Assembly: GCF_006345805.1 (NCBI RefSeq)
Contig: NW_021834332.1
Coordinates: forward strand, 1 to 50,987
Reading direction: 5' to 3'
DNA: 50,987 nucleotides
DNA from: Octopus sinensis
Taxonomy: Eukaryota
The translations under genes and the position numbers were made by a program. The notes under the pieces were generated by a model, which saw nothing but the letters and a program-made list of their open reading frames with translations, was not told where the DNA came from and ran no database searches. Shown here in pieces: positions 26,122 through 41,984 of this stretch; position 1 is the first letter of the stretch; each line of letters begins with the position of its first letter.

Positions 26122-26684
26122 TCTTCCTTCTTTCCATTTCCCTCTCTCTTCTGTCACTCTTTTGTATTCCCTCTTTTACTGTACGTCGCCATTCTCCACG
26201 TTGCCGGCAACTGCCTCCCAACCGCTAATATTGATGTTGCAGGCCTTCATATCCCTTTTGCACACATCCTTGTAACGTAAGATCGGTCTACCCACAGACC
26301 TAGTACCCCTAGCAAGCTCTCCGTAGAGTATGTCCTTGGGGATTCTGCCATCTTTCATACGGCTAACATGCCCAAGCCATCTCATACGTCTTTGTGTGAG
26401 GAGTGCAAACATGCTTGGTATTCCTGCTTGCCTGAGGACATCTTAGTTGGGGATATGATTCTGCCATTTGATGTGGAGGATTTGGAAGAGACGTAAACAA
26501 GAGACTATGGCACTACAACCAGCCAGGAACAGTCTTCGCTACATTTGCGGTACCTGCCAGAGGGAGTGTTTGTTCAGGAGAGGACTACACAGCCATAGCA
26601 GGAAATGTATCAGGACATGAAATATAAAAGCCGGACTAGACTACTTCATGCGCAAATCCATGTCTCCCGAGACAATTTTGCCAA
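26122..26684. mobile_element. RTE LINE inverted fragment, block 2 duplicate
   Basis: Near-identical to 4700-5262. Confidence 0.85.
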
Positions 26685-26693
26685 TATATATAT

Positions 26694-26741
<48 letters not shown>

Positions 26742-26759
26742 CTTTTTTATCTATTATCT

Positions 26760-26844
<85 letters not shown>

Positions 26845-26872
26845 ATATCTATCTATCTATCTACCATCTATA

Positions 26873-26903
<31 letters not shown>

Positions 26904-27308
26904 TTTTTACTTGTTTCAGTCATTGACTGCGGCCATGCTGGAGCACCGCCTTTTAGTCGAGCAAATCGACCCCGGGACTTATTCTTTGTAAACCCAGTAC
27001 TTATTCTATCGGTCTCTTTTGCCGAACCGCTAAGTGACGGGGACGTAAACACGCCAGCATCGGTTGTCAAGCAATGTTAGGGGGACAAACACAGACACAC
27101 AAACACACACACCACACCCACCCATAATACATATAATTATACATATATACGACAGGCTTCTTTCAGTTCCGTCTACCAAATCCACTCACAAGGCATTGGT
27201 CGGCCCGGGGCTATAGCAGAAGACACTTGCCCAAGATGCCACGCAGTGGGACTGAACCCGGAACCATGTGGTGTTAGCAAGCTACTTACCACACAGCCAC
27301 TTCCTGCG

Positions 27309-27348
<40 letters not shown>

Positions 27349-27667
27349 ATAGATCATATTTGTGTATAATCTACAAGTGCGTATATACTTAGCAATGCTA
27401 ACGATAGATTTGAAATTTGCAGTGATACAGACGGAGCATATTTTGAAAGTTTTGACGTAAGATTTATAATCTATTAGTTCTAGCATCATAGTTAAATATG
27501 AGACACACAATTCAGTCAGATTTTGAAAAAGAAATTGCCTGATTTCATTGAAATGGATCTTTAAATCTGACACACCCTCGAATTTTAATTGAACAAGATT
27601 ATGACGACCAAGTCTCATTAAATTAATGTAATGTCACTATGGTTAACTTTACTCTGGTTAACATTAC

Positions 27668-27775
27668 CTGTTTGTTCCGGTGGTCGTAACGGGGTCTTCG
27701 TTGCCTGATACCTCCGTTGTCATTTCCATTTCCAAAGTAGAAGTCTGATTCCAATCACCACCTTGAGAACCATTG
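27668..27775 (-). CDS. Repeat exon M7, 108 nt (copy of M1)
   Basis: AG/GT intact; same peptide as 6247-6354. Confidence 0.72.
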
Positions 27776-28253
27776 CTGGAACGAATAGATATATATATAC
27801 ATGTATGAATGAAAGCGCAGTGTGCATGCATGCATGTTGTAGTATGTATGTATGTATGTATGTTGCATGTAGCATGCATGTATGTATGTATGTATGTATG
27901 TATGTATGTTTGTATGTATGTATGTATGTATGTATGTATGTATGTGTGTATGTATGTGTGTCTATGTATGTATGTATGTATGTATGAATGTATGTATTAA
28001 TGTATGTATGTATGTATGAATGTATGTATGTATGCATGTATGTATGTATGTATGTATGTGTGTCTATGTATGTATGTATGTATGTATGAATGTATGTATT
28101 AATGTATGTATGTATGTATGTATGAATGTTTGTATGTATGCATGTATGTATGTATGTATGTATGTATGTATGTATGTATGTATGTATGTATGCATGTATG
28201 TGTGTGTATGTATGAATGTATGTATGTATGTATATATGAATGTATTATGTATG

Positions 28254-28285
<32 letters not shown>

Positions 28286-28517
28286 CATGTATGTATGTAT
28301 GCATGTATGTATGTATGTATGATGTATGTTATATATGTAGTATGTATAGTATGTATGTATGCACGCATGCTGTATGTGTATGTAGTATGTATGTATGGAT
28401 GTATGTATGTATGTATGTAGTATGTATGTATGTTGTATGTATGTATGCAGTATGATGTATGCATGTATGTATGTCTATCTGAATGCATATAAACTTGTAC
28501 CTTTTACGTATTTCAGC

Positions 28518-30632
28518 AATGTTGATTGCTTGATGACAATCAACATTATGAAAAAATCACACAACTACACCCCGCAAAAAATGAAAACTCTATCGTCACT
28601 AATTAAAACCCATGGAAAGGAATAACAACCAAGAGATTGACTTTCTAACAATCTTTAAAAGCAAGCCTAGCCTCTTCTATGGTCTGCCAAAAATACATAA
28701 AAGCCAAATTATAAATGAAACCATTAAAAAATCACCAAAGACATACACACAACCCTACCGGGGGACCTAAAACTACGACCCATTGTAGCTGGCCCAATCT
28801 GTGAAACCACAGATTAAGTCTTTTTATGGACATCCTCCTGAAACCCTTCCTTAAACATATCGATAGTCATATCAGAGATGACTTGGATCTGTTTAAACAC
28901 ACTTCGAAAAAAAGTCAAGGAAGAAACAATCATGGTTTCATTTTATGTAGTTAATTTTATACCAGTATACCTCATAATTATGGACTAGAGGCAATACAGT
29001 TCTGGCTGGACCAATTTCCGGAAGAAATACCAAAAAGGATCAGTAAAGAATTCATTACTAAATCGGTTGAATTCATCCTACGTAATAACCACTTCATGTT
29101 TGACAATACATTTTACCGTCAAAAATCCGGAATTGCTATGGGTACAAGGGCAGCACCAGTCATTGCGAACCTAACAATGGGCTACCTGGAAATAATTGTT
29201 TAGCAGGAATCTTTATCGACCTTTGGAAACCCCCTCTCTCAATACATAAAAGAGAATTGGAAACGATTCCTGGAAGATTGTTTTATACTCTGGAATGAAA
29301 ACACAGATAAACTCCTAAAATTCAAAAACCTATTGAACAGCATCAACCCAAATATACAGTTCACAATGGAATACAACCAAAAGGAGTTTCCATTCTTAGA
29401 TATACTAATTAAAAAAATTAACCTTAAAATAGAAACAGACATTTTTTACAAAGCCACAGAGGCTAAACAATACCTACTTTTTGATTCATGCCACCCAAGA
29501 CACACTAAAACAAATATCCCCTTCAACCTTGCAAGAAGGATATGAACAATAGTGTCAGAACAAAATACAGGAACTTTAGACTACAAGAACTCAACAAAAA
29601 CACCCTAATTGACAGACATTACCCAGCTTCAACTCATAGAGGATGGGATCAGACGGTGCAACAGAATCGACATAGAAACTTTGAGAAAAGTTAAACACAA
29701 CAACACACCTTCCCCGAAAATACTTCCTTACATAACCACATACAATCCCAGAAACAAAGAAGCCTTCACCATCATCACCCAGAATTTACCAATACTTCAT
29801 AAGGACCCCAAATTAAAGGAAATTCTAAACATACATAAAATCATTAAAAGCTACAAACAACCTAAATCACTTAAAAAGATTCTCACAAAGGCAAAATTGT
29901 TTTCTGAAATTACGGATGCAAAAGTAAAAAAATGTGGTAGACCAAACTGCGCAACATGCCCAACCTTCTAGAAGGATCAGAATTCCTCTTCAAAGAGGGA
30001 CAAAAATTCAAGATCAAATCTAATTTTACTGTGCTTCTGAAAACATAATTTATGTCATAAGATGCTCGGGCTGCCACCAAAACTACGTGGGATCCACGGG
30101 ACTATCACTCAGACGTAGATGCACACTGCATCGACAACAGATGCATTCCCAGAATACAGAATGATACCCTTTAGTGAGCATATTGAGAATGCGCAAAGCA
30201 ACTACTACCACAATTTTTAATCTTCCATTTTATCAATGTGCTATTGGAACACCAACTCAATTAGACTAAACAACGAAACATTCTTCATTGAAAAATATAA
30301 GCCCAAACTTAACCACTCTAACATTCTTATACAGAGAAACTCACCCCATTAAATAAAAGTGAGAAGAAATATAAAGCGATTACCTCCCTTACACCGGAAG
30401 AAATCACTTATTACCTCCCCTTACCTGGAACTCTTCTTTACACTTCATAACGAAGACATAACATGATTTTTTGAGAAATTTAAAAAGTTAACAAGAAACC
30501 GGTAATTTCTTCAAAAACTATGTCACTGTATGCAAAAATTTTATAACATTCTTCTGACATAATGACTCAAATATATTTTTTAACCTTTTAAAACAAGCCT
30601 TCAGTAGTTTTTTCACTTTTTACTATTTTCTA
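28518..30632 (+). mobile_element. Penelope-like element, block 2 duplicate
   Basis: Near-identical to 7100-9215 including the 5' junction. Confidence 0.9.
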
Positions 30633-30712
30633 TACATATATATATATATATATATATATTTTGCACCCCCCCATATATATATATATACATGTATGTATAT
30701 ATATATATATAT

Positions 30713-30752
<40 letters not shown>

Positions 30753-31260
30753 CTTTTTCTGTGCCCTTAAGGTATTGCAAAGGGAGGTCATCCTTCCCTC
30801 GTCAACCTAAGTGATACACACGGACTGCAGTTTCTAGGTATTGACCTGTCATCAGAAAGTGTGCCTAAAGCCAGCAGGAGACGATGTTCTCCTGGGGCTA
30901 AAAAGCTACAGTAACTTACACCCTTAGTTGTTAGCCATATTGAGATGGCAAATATACCCCATATATATATATAATATATGTATATATATAATAGATCATA
31001 TTTGTGTATAATCTACATGTGCGTATATACATAGCAACGCTAACGATAGATTGAAATTTGTATTGATACTGACGGAGCACATGTTGAAAGTTTTGACATA
31101 AGATTCATAAATCTATTAACTTTAATATGATAGTTAAATATGAGACACACGATTCAGTCAGATTTGAAGAAGAATTTGCCTGATTCCATTGAAATGAATG
31201 TTTAAATCTGGCACCCCCTGTATTTTTAAATTAACGTCGTATCATTATGGTTAACGTTAC

Positions 31261-31368
31261 CTGTTTGTTCCCTGGGTCGTAACGAGGTCTTCGTTGTCTG
31301 ATACCTTCGTTGTCATTTCCATTTCCTGAGTGGAAGTGTGATTCCAATCACCATCCGGAGAACCATTG
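31261..31368 (-). CDS. Repeat exon M8, 108 nt (copy of M2)
   Basis: AG/GT intact; open frame. Confidence 0.72.
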
Positions 31369-31904
31369 CTGAAACGAATAGATATATATATACATGTATG
31401 AATGAAAGCGCACATGTGTATGCATGCATGTATGTATGTATGTATGTATGTATGTATGTATGTATGTATGTATGTATGTATGTGTGGTATGTATGTATGT
31501 ATGTATGCATGTATTAGTAGTATGTATGTCTTTTTTCTTTTTTCACTCCGTCGGTTGCGACGACGAGGGTCCCAGCTGATACGATCAACAGAACAGCTTG
31601 CTCGTGAAATTAACGTGCAAGTGGCTGAGCACTCCACAACACATGTACCCTCAACGTAGTTCTCAGGGAGATTCAGCGTGACACAGAGTGTGACAAGGCC
31701 GGCCCTTTGAAATACAGGTGCAACTCATTTTTGTCAGCTGAGGGGACTGGAGCACGTGAAATAAAGTGTCTTGCTCAAGGACACAACGCGTCACCGGGAA
31801 ACGAATTCACGACCTACGATCGTAAGCCGAATGCCCTAATCACTAAGCCCACGCTCTTCACATGATATGATGTATGTATGTAAGTATGTATGTATGTATG
31901 TATG

Positions 31905-31936
<32 letters not shown>

Positions 31937-32158
31937 TGTATGTATGTATGTATATATGTATGTATGTATGTATGTATATATGTATGTATTATTATGTATA
32001 TATGTATGTATGTATGTAAGTATATATGTATGTATGTGTTGTATGTATGTATATATATATGTATGTATGTATATATGTATGTTGTATGTATGTGGTATAT
32101 ATGTATGTTTTATGTATATATGTATGTATGTATGTGTGTATGTATGTATGTATGTATG

Positions 32159-32192
<34 letters not shown>

Positions 32193-32243
32193 TGTGTGTA
32201 AGTATGCCTGTATGTATGTATGTATGTATGTATGTATGTATGC

Positions 32244-32276
<33 letters not shown>

Positions 32277-32373
32277 TATATGCATGTATGTATATATGCA
32301 TGTATGTATGTATGTATGCATATATGTATATATGTATGTATGCCTATATGTATGTATGTATGCATATATGTAC

Positions 32374-32404
<31 letters not shown>

Positions 32405-32513
32405 TGTATGCATATATGTATGTATGAATGTATGTATGTATGTATGCATATATGTATGTATGCTCGTATATTCGATTCGTTCCGTTTCTTCTTCTTCTCT
32501 AAGCTGGTTTATG

Positions 32514-32545
<32 letters not shown>

Positions 32546-32839
32546 AAAATAGATGATATTTCTGTATAATCTACATGTGCATATATACATAGCAACGCTA
32601 ACGATAGACTTGACATTTGCAGTGATACAGACGGAACACTTGTTGAAAGTTTTGACGTAAGATTCATAAATCTATTAACTTTAATATGATAGTTAAATAT
32701 GAGACGCACGATTCAGTCAGATTTTGAAGAAGATTTGCCTGTTTGAATGAATGAAATTGGCCTGTATTGAAATTAAGATAATGAACTGCGTTACCCCCCT
32801 GTATTTTTAATTTACGAATCGCATTATGGTTAACGTTAC

Positions 32840-32944
32840 CTGTTTGTTCCCTGGGTCGTACGGTCTTCGTTGTCTGATACCTTCGTTGTCATTTCCATTT
32901 CCTGAGTGGAAGTGTGATTCCAATCACCATCCGGAGAACCATTG
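32840..32944 (-). CDS. Repeat exon M9, 105 nt (copy of M3)
   Basis: AG/GT intact; same in-frame deletion as M3. Confidence 0.68.
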
Positions 32945-33847
32945 CTGAAACGAATAGATATATATATACATGTATGAATGAAAGCGCACATGTGTATGCA
33001 TGCATGTATGTATGTATGTATGTATGTATGTATGTATGTATGTATGTATGTATGTATGTATGTATGTATGTATGTATGTATGTATGTGTGTATGTATGTA
33101 TGTATGCATGTATGTATGTACGTATGTATGTATGTATGTATGTATGTATGTATGTATGTATGTATGTCTGTCCTTTTTTCTTTTTTTCACTCCGTCGGTT
33201 GCGACGACGAGGGTCCCAGCTGATACGATCAACAGAACAGCTTGCTCGTGAAATTAACGTGCAAGTGGCTGAGCACTCCACAGACACATGTACCCTCAAC
33301 GTAGTTCTCAGGGAGATTCAGCGTGACACAGAGTGTGACAAGGCCGGCCCTTTGAAATACAGGTGCAACTCATTTTTGTCAGCTGAGGGGACTGGAGCAA
33401 CGTGAAATAAAGTGTCTTGCTCAAGGACACAACGCGTCACCGGGAAACGAATTCACGACCTTACGATCGTAAGCCGAATGCCCTAATCACTAAGCCACGC
33501 GCCTTCACATGTATGTATGTATGTATGTATGTAAGTATGTATGTATGTATGTATATGTATGTATGTATGTATGTATCTATGTATGTATGTATGTGTGTAT
33601 GTATGTATGTATGCATGTATGTAAGTATGTATGTATGTATGTATGTATGTGTGTATGTTGTATGTATGTATGTAAGTATGTATATGTATGTATGTATGTA
33701 TGTATGTATGGTGTATGTATGTATGTATGTAAGTATGTATATGTATGTATGTATGTATGTATATATGTATGTATGTATGTATGTATATATGTATGTATGT
33801 ATGTATGTGTATATGTATGTATGTATGTGTGTATGTATGTAAGTATG

Positions 33848-33881
<34 letters not shown>

Positions 33882-33887
33882 TATATG

Positions 33888-33919
<32 letters not shown>

Positions 33920-34027
33920 TGTATGTATATATGTATGTATGTATGTATGTATATATGTATGTATGTACGTAAGTATATATGTATGTATGTGTATGTATGT
34001 ATGTATGTATATATGTATGTATGTATG

Positions 34028-34061
<34 letters not shown>

Positions 34062-34127
34062 TGTATATATGTATGTATGTATGTATATATGTATGTATGT
34101 ATGTGTGTATGTACGTATGTATGTATG

Positions 34128-34160
<33 letters not shown>

Positions 34161-34200
34161 GTGTAAGTATGCCTGTATGTATGTATGTATGTATGTATGC

Positions 34201-34233
<33 letters not shown>

Positions 34234-34334
34234 TATATGCATGTATGTATATATGCATGTATGTATGTATGTATGTATGCATATATGTATATATGTATGT
34301 ATGCCTATATGTATGTATGTATGCATATATGTAC

Positions 34335-34365
<31 letters not shown>

Positions 34366-34832
34366 TGTATGTATGTATGTATGTATGCATATATGTATGT
34401 ATGAATGTATGTATGTATGTATGCATATATGTATGTATGCTCTATATTCGATTCGTTCCGTTCGTTTCGTTTCTTCTTCTCTCTAAGCTGGTTTATATAT
34501 ATATATATATTATATTATATATCACAATAAAATAGATGTATCGTGTATAATCTACATGTGCATATATACATAGCAACGCTAACGATAGATTTGAAATTTG
34601 CAGTGATACCGACGGAACACATGTTGAAAGTTTTGACGTAAGATTCATAAATCTATAACTTTAATATGATAGTTAAATATGAGACGCACGATTCAGTCAG
34701 ATTTTGAAGAAGAAATTGCCTGATTTCATTGAAATGGATCTTTTAATCTGACAAACCTTGTATTTTATTGAACATGATTTATGACAGCCTAGTCTCAATG
34801 AATTAACGTCGTATCATTATGGTTAACGTTAC

Positions 34833-34936
34833 CTGTTTGTCCCTGGGTCGTAACGGCGGCCTCGTTGTCTGATACCTCGTAACACTTCCATTTCCGAGTG
34901 GAAGTGTGATTCCAATCACCATCCGGAGAACCATTG
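34833..34936 (-). CDS. Repeat exon M10, 104 nt, frameshifted as assembled (paralogue of M14)
   Basis: AG/GT intact; four single-base deletions relative to 44521-44628 in a stretch with many 1-bp deletions, so a consensus error or a pseudo-exon. Confidence 0.45.
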
Positions 34937-35234
34937 CTGAAACGAATAGATATATATACATATGAATGAAAGCGAATTGTGTATGCATGCATGCATGTAT
35001 GTATGTATGCATGTATAAATGGATAGTATATATACATTTTGTTGTTTCACCCATTTGAAGGCTGCTGTGCCTTACTAGAGGCTGGAAGGGTTTTTTTTAA
35101 TTAAATCAATCGAAATCAGGTCTATTTTTTCGCCTATTATTCGAACCGTGTATTTTACCGAACATCTAAGATAAGAGAAAGGAAACTCACCAACAGCAGT
35201 GGTCAAGCGATTGTAGTGAAGGGACAAACACAAA

Positions 35235-35278
<44 letters not shown>

Positions 35279-35580
35279 TGTTGTAACTATATTTCGAAGA
35301 ACCAGCCTTGTCACATTCTGTTTTACGCTGAATTTCTCTGAGAATTTCGTGAAAATTCCCCGTGCCTATGGAGAGCTTTGCCACTTGCATTTAATTTTGA
35401 AGAAGAAGCAATTCCGTTGAACGTATCAACTGGAAATCTGAACGTCGTAAACGACAGTGTGTTAGTTTCGAAATATCAGCGTATGTTAGTGTGTGTCAGT
35501 GTGTGTGTGTTTGTAATCACATAATCACATGCCCACACTCACGCACCCGCACACATGCGCTCCAAATATATGTATATATG

Positions 35581-35653
<73 letters not shown>

Positions 35654-35984
35654 CGTATATACAAATATACATATATCTATCTATTAGATGATATTTGTGT
35701 AAAATATAGATGTGCGTATACACATAGCAACGCTAACGACAGATTTGAAATTTGCAATGATATAGACGGAACACATGTTGAAAGTTTTGACGTAAGATTT
35801 ATAATTGTATTAGTTTTAGCATCATAGTTAAGTAAGAGACACAGAATTCAGGCAGATTTTGGAAACTATTTGTCTGATTTCATTGAAATAGATGTTTAAA
35901 TCTGGCACACCCTGTACATAATGGCGTCGTTTCATTAAATTAACGTCGTGTTATTATGGTTAACGTTGCTCTGTTTAAAATTAC

Positions 35985-36092
35985 CTGTTTGTTTCCTGGG
36001 TGGTAACGGGGTCTTCGTTGCCTGATACCTTCGTTGTCATTTCCATTTCCATAGTGGAAGTGTGATTCCAATCACCATCTTCAGAACCATTG
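35985..36092 (-). CDS. Repeat exon M11, 108 nt: NGSEDGDWNHTSTMEMEMTTKVSGNEDPVTTQETN
   Basis: ttccag| ... |gtaatt; open frame. Confidence 0.75.
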
Positions 36093-36439
36093 CTGGAACG
36101 AATAGATATATATACATGTATGAATGAAAGCCCTCGTGTGTATGCATGCATGTGTATGTGTGTGTGTATGTATGTATGTAGGTAGGTAGGTATGTGTGTA
36201 TGCATGCATATATGTATATACATATGTATATATGTATGTTGTATGTATGTATGTATGTATGTATGTATGTCTGTATGCATATATACTTTATACCTTTTAC
36301 TTGTTTCAGTAATTTCAAGGCTTCTGTTATTGAAGGGTTTTTTTAATTGAATAAATCGAATTCAGGACTTATTTTTCGGGGTAAAACACACATGTATAAC
36401 CATATATATACGTATTTCTATTGTGTACACACACACGCA

Positions 36440-36521
<82 letters not shown>

Positions 36522-37218
36522 AACACAAACACACACGCACACACACATACACACACACACACAAACACACAGACAAACACACACACACGAACACACATAC
36601 GTACCCCCACACACACACAATATAAAGAGGCTGAAGCAGAAAGTAGATCGAAATTAGTTATTGACTCGTCATCTTTTATTCAAAGCTGAGTCAAAAACTG
36701 ATGCAAATATAAACGGCAATATTTTCTGATTCATTCTTGAGTACTTATGTCAGTTTATACAGCTATATGTATATGTATATGCGTGAAGGTGTGAGATTTG
36801 TGATTTGAGTATACGGTTAACGATCGTACAGTTGTGAGTTCGATTCCCGGCGGCGCGCGCTGTGACCTTGACAAGACACTTGCTTTGACATTGCTTCACT
36901 TCACTTGGCTGAGAAAAATGAGTTGTACCTATATTTCGAAGAGCCAGCCTTGTCTCACTCTGTTTCACGCCGAATCTTTCTGAGAATTTCGTGAAGATTC
37001 CACGTGCCTATGGAGAACTTTGCCACTTGCATATTATTTTGAAGAGGAAGCTATTCCGTTGAACGTATCAACTGGAATCCTGAACGTCGTAACCGACAGT
37101 GTTACAGTTTAGAAAAATAAGTGGATGTAAGTGTTGTGAGTGGGTGGGGGTGCGTGAGTGTGTCTGTGTGTATCACATACACACTGCCCACCCGCACGCA
37201 CACACCACACATGCCACA

Positions 37219-37259
<41 letters not shown>

Positions 37260-37337
37260 CATATTTATACACACACATACACACACATATATATACATGT
37301 ATCTATATATACTATACATATATATGTATATATAATA

Positions 37338-37395
<58 letters not shown>

Positions 37396-37790
37396 GTATA
37401 TATATGGAGGCGCAATGGCCCAGTGGGTTAGGAAGCGGACTCGCGGTCATAGGATCGCGGTTTTGATTCCCAGACCGGGCGTTGTAGTGTTTATTGAGCG
37501 AAAGCGAAAACACCTAAAACCCACGAGGCTCCGGCAGGGGATGGTGGTGATCACTGCTGTACTCTTTCACCACAACTTTCTCTCACTCTTACTTTCTGTT
37601 CTGTTTGTACCTGTATTTCAAAGGGCCGGCCCTCACTCTCTGTGTCACGCTGAATATCCCCGAGAACTACGTTAAGGGTACGCGTGTCTGTGGAGTGCTC
37701 AGCCACTTACACGTTAATTCACGAGCAGGCTGTTCTGTTGATTCGGATCAACCGGAAACCTCGTCGTCGTAACCGACGGAGTGCTGTCTC

Positions 37791-37838
<48 letters not shown>

Positions 37839-37849
37839 TATATATAATA

Positions 37850-38407
37850 ATATCTCCTTTCTTTCCATTTCTCTCTCTCTCTCTGTCACTCTTTTGTATT
37901 CCCTCTTTTACTGTACTCGCCATTCTCCACGGTGCCGGCAACTGCCTCCCAACCGCTAATATTGATGTTGCAGGCCTTCATATCCCTTTTGCAAACATCC
38001 CTGTAACGTAAGATCGGTCTAACCCACAGACCTAGTACCCCTAGCAGCTCTCCGTAGAGTATGTCCTTGGGGATTCTGCCATCTTTCATACGGCTACATG
38101 CCCAAGCCATCTCATACGTCTTTGTGTGAGGAGTGCAAACATGCTTGGTATTCCTGCTTGTGCCTGAGGACATCTTAGTTGGGGATATGATCCTGCCATT
38201 GATGTGGATGATTGGAAGAGACGAAACAAGAGACTATGGCACTACAACCAGCCAGGACAGTCTTCGCTACATTTTCGGTACCTGCCAGAGGGAGTTTTGT
38301 TCAGGAGAGGACTACACAGCCATAGCAGAAATGTATCAGGACATGAAATATAAAGCCGGACTAGACTACTTCATGCGCAAATCCATGTGTCTCCCGAGAC
38401 AATTTTG

Positions 38408-38411
<4 letters not shown>
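37850..38411. mobile_element. RTE LINE inverted fragment, block 3 duplicate
   Basis: Same two-part structure. Confidence 0.85.
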
Positions 38412-38458
<47 letters not shown>

Positions 38459-38490
38459 TTTTTATCTACCTATCTCTATATCTATCTATA

Positions 38491-38532
<42 letters not shown>

Positions 38533-38559
38533 CTATCTATCTATCTATCTATCTATCCA

Positions 38560-38617
<58 letters not shown>

Positions 38618-38940
38618 GTCATAGATCATATTTGTGTATAATCTACATGTGCGTATATACATAGCAATGCTAACGATAGATTTGAAATTTGCAGTGATAC
38701 AGACGGAGCATATTTTGAAAGTTTTGACGTAAGATTTATAAATCTATTAGCTTTAATATCATAGTTAAATATGAGACACACGATTCAGTCAGATTTTGAT
38801 AAAGAAATTGCCTGATTTCATTGAAATGGATCTTTAAATCTGACACACCCTCGAATTTTAATTGAACAAGATTATGACGACCAAGTCTCATTAAATTAAT
38901 GTAATGTCACTATGGTTAACTTTACTCTGGTTAACATTAC

Positions 38941-39048
38941 CTGTTTGTTCCGGTGGTCGTAACGGGGTCTTCGTTGCCTGATACCTTCGTTGTCATTTCC
39001 ATTTCCAAAGTAGAAGTCTGATTCCAATCACCACCTTGAGAACCATTG
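38941..39048 (-). CDS. Repeat exon M12, 108 nt: NGSQGGDWNQTSTLEMEMTTKVSGNEDPVTTTGTN
   Basis: ttccag| ... |gtaatg; open frame. Confidence 0.75.
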
Positions 39049-39537
39049 CTGGAACGAATAGATATATATATACATGTATGAATGAAAGCGCACGTGTGCA
39101 TGCATGCATGTATGTATGTATGTATGTATGTATGTATGTATGTATGTATGTATGTATGTATATGCATGCATATGTATGTATGTTATGTATGTATGTATGT
39201 ATGTATGTATGTATGTGATTATGTATGTGTGTCTATGTATGTATGTATGTATGTATGAATGTATGTATTAATGTATGTATGTATGTATGTATGAATGTAT
39301 GTATGTATGCATGTATGTATGTATGTATGTATGCATGCATGTATGTATGTATGTATGTATGTATGTATGAATGTATGTATGTATGTATGTATGTATGTAT
39401 GTATATATGTATGTATGCATGTATGTGTGTCTATGTATGTATGTATGTATGTATGTATGTATGTATGTATGTATGCATGTATGTGTGTGTATGTATGAAT
39501 GTATGTATGTATGTATATATGAATGTATGTATGTATG

Positions 39538-39569
<32 letters not shown>

Positions 39570-39754
39570 CATGTATGTATGTATGCATGTATGTATGTAT
39601 GTATGTATGTATGTATGTATGTATGCATGCATGTATGTATGTATGTATGTATGTATGTATGTATGTATGTATGTATGTATGCATGTATGTATGTATGCAT
39701 GTATGTATGTCTATCTGAATGCATATATAACTTGTACCTTTTACGTATTTCAGC

Positions 39755-41865
39755 AATGTTGATTGCTTGATGACAATCAACATTATGAAAAAATCACCAA
39801 CTACACCCCGCAAAAAAAATGAAAACTCTATCTTCACTAATTAAAACCCATGGAAAGGAACTAACAACCAAAGAGATTGACTTTCTAACAATCTTTAAAA
39901 GCAAGCCTAGCCTCTTCTATGGTCTGCCAAAAATACATAAAAGCCAAATTATAAATGAAACCATTAAAAAATCACCAAAGACATACACACACCTTACCCG
40001 GGGGATCTAAAACTACGACCCATTGTAGCTGGCCCAATCTGTGAAACACAGAGATTAAGTCTATTTATGGACATCCTCCTGAAACCCTTCCTTAAACATA
40101 TCGATAGTCATATCAGAGATGACTTGGATCTGTTAAACCACCTTCCAAAAAAAGTCAAGGAAGAAACAATCATGGTTTCATTTTATGTAGTTAATTTATA
40201 TACCAGTATACCTCATAATTATGGACTAGAGGCAACAGTTCTGGCTGGACAATTTCCGGAAGAAATACCAAAAAGGATCAGTAAGAATTCTTACTAATCG
40301 GTTGAATTCATCCTACGTAATAACCACTTCATGTTTGACAATACATTTTACCGTCCAAAATCCGGATTGCTATGGGTACAAAGGCAGCACCAGTTATTGC
40401 GACCTAACAATGGGCTACCTGGAAATAATTGTTTAGCAGGAATCTTATCGACCTTTGGAAACCCCCTCTCTCAATACATAAAAGAGAATTGGAAACGATT
40501 CCTGGAAGATTGTTTTATACTCTGGAATGAAAACACAGATAAACTCCTAAAATTCAAAAACCTATTGAACAGCATCAACCCAAATATACAGTTCACAATG
40601 GAATACAACCAAAAGGAGTTTCCATTCTTAGATATACTAATTAAAAAAATTAACCTTAAAATAGAAACAGACATTTTTTTACAAAGCCACAGAGGCTAAA
40701 CAATACCTACTTTTTGATTCATGCCACCCAAGACACATTAAACAAATATCCCCTTCAACCTTGCAAGAAGGATATGAACAATAGTGTCAGAACAAAATAC
40801 CAGGAACTTTAGACAGAAGAACTCAAAAACACCCTAATTGACAGACATTACCCAGCTCAACTCATAGAGGATGGGATCAGACGTGCAACAGAAATCGACA
40901 TAGAAACTTTGAGAAAAGTTCAACACAACAACACACTTCCCCCCAAAAATACGCCTTACATAACCACATACAATCCAGAAACAAAGAAGCCTTCACCATC
41001 ATCACCCAGAATTTACCCATACTTCATAAGGACCCCAAATTAAAGGAAATTCTAAACATACATAAAATCATTAAAAGCTACAAACAACCTAAATCACTTA
41101 AAAAGATTCTCACCAAGGCAAAATTGTTTTCTGAAATTACGGATGCAAAGTAAAAAAATGTGGTAGACCAAACTGCGCAACATGCCCAACCAACCTTCTA
41201 GAAGGATCAGAATTCCTCTTCAAAGAGGGACAAAAATTCAAGATCAAATCTAATTTTACTTGTGCTTCTGAAAACATAATTTATGTCATAAGATGCTCGG
41301 GCTGCCACCAAAACTACGTGTGGATCCACGGGACTATCACTCAGACGTAGATGCACACTGCATCGACAACAGATGCATTCCCAGAATACAGATGATACCC
41401 TTTAGTGAGCATATTGAGAATGCGCAAAGCACTACTACTACCACAATTTTTAATCTTCATTTTATCAATGTGCTATTGGAACACCAACTCAAATTAGACT
41501 AAACAACGAAACATTCTTCATTGAAAAATATAAGCCCAAACTTAACCACTCTAACATTCTTATACAGAGAACACAACTCACCCCATTAAATAAAGTGAGA
41601 AGAAATATAAAGCGATTACCTCCCTTACACCGGAAGAAATCACTTATTACCTCCCCTTACCTGGAACTCTTCTTTACACTTCATAACGAAGACATAACAT
41701 GATTTTTGAGAAATTTAAAAGTTAACAAGAAACCGGTAATTTCTTCAAAAACTATGTCACTGTATGCAAAAATTTTATAACATTCTTCTGACATAATGAC
41801 TCAAATATATTTTTTAACCTTTTAAAACAAGCCTTCAGTAGTTTTTCACTTTTACTATTTTCTAT
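39755..41865 (+). mobile_element. Penelope-like element, block 3 duplicate
   Basis: Same motifs and same insertion junction. Confidence 0.9.
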
Positions 41866-41944
41866 ACATATATATATATATATATATATATTTTGCACCC
41901 CCCCATATATATATATATACATGTATGTATATATATATATATAT

Positions 41945-41984
<40 letters not shown>

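Larger units (their letters stand above)
21445..36250. repeat. Segmental duplication block 2
   Basis: Same order of SINE, Helitron, RTE, M exons and Penelope as block 1. Confidence 0.9.

Noticed and set aside
32550-32672. Extra minus-strand exon in the conserved intronic block (RFMNLTSKLSTSVPSVSLQMSSLSLALL)
   Set aside because: Phase-2 acceptor is present in many copies but missing near 14810 and 35810, there is no convincing conserved donor, and copies carry frameshifts; unresolved rather than excluded.
35688-35795. Plus-strand exon in the same block ([22 protein letters not shown]..., donor gtaaga)
   Set aside because: Most copies have an in-frame TAA, and the donor is lost in several (ataaga, ggaaga).
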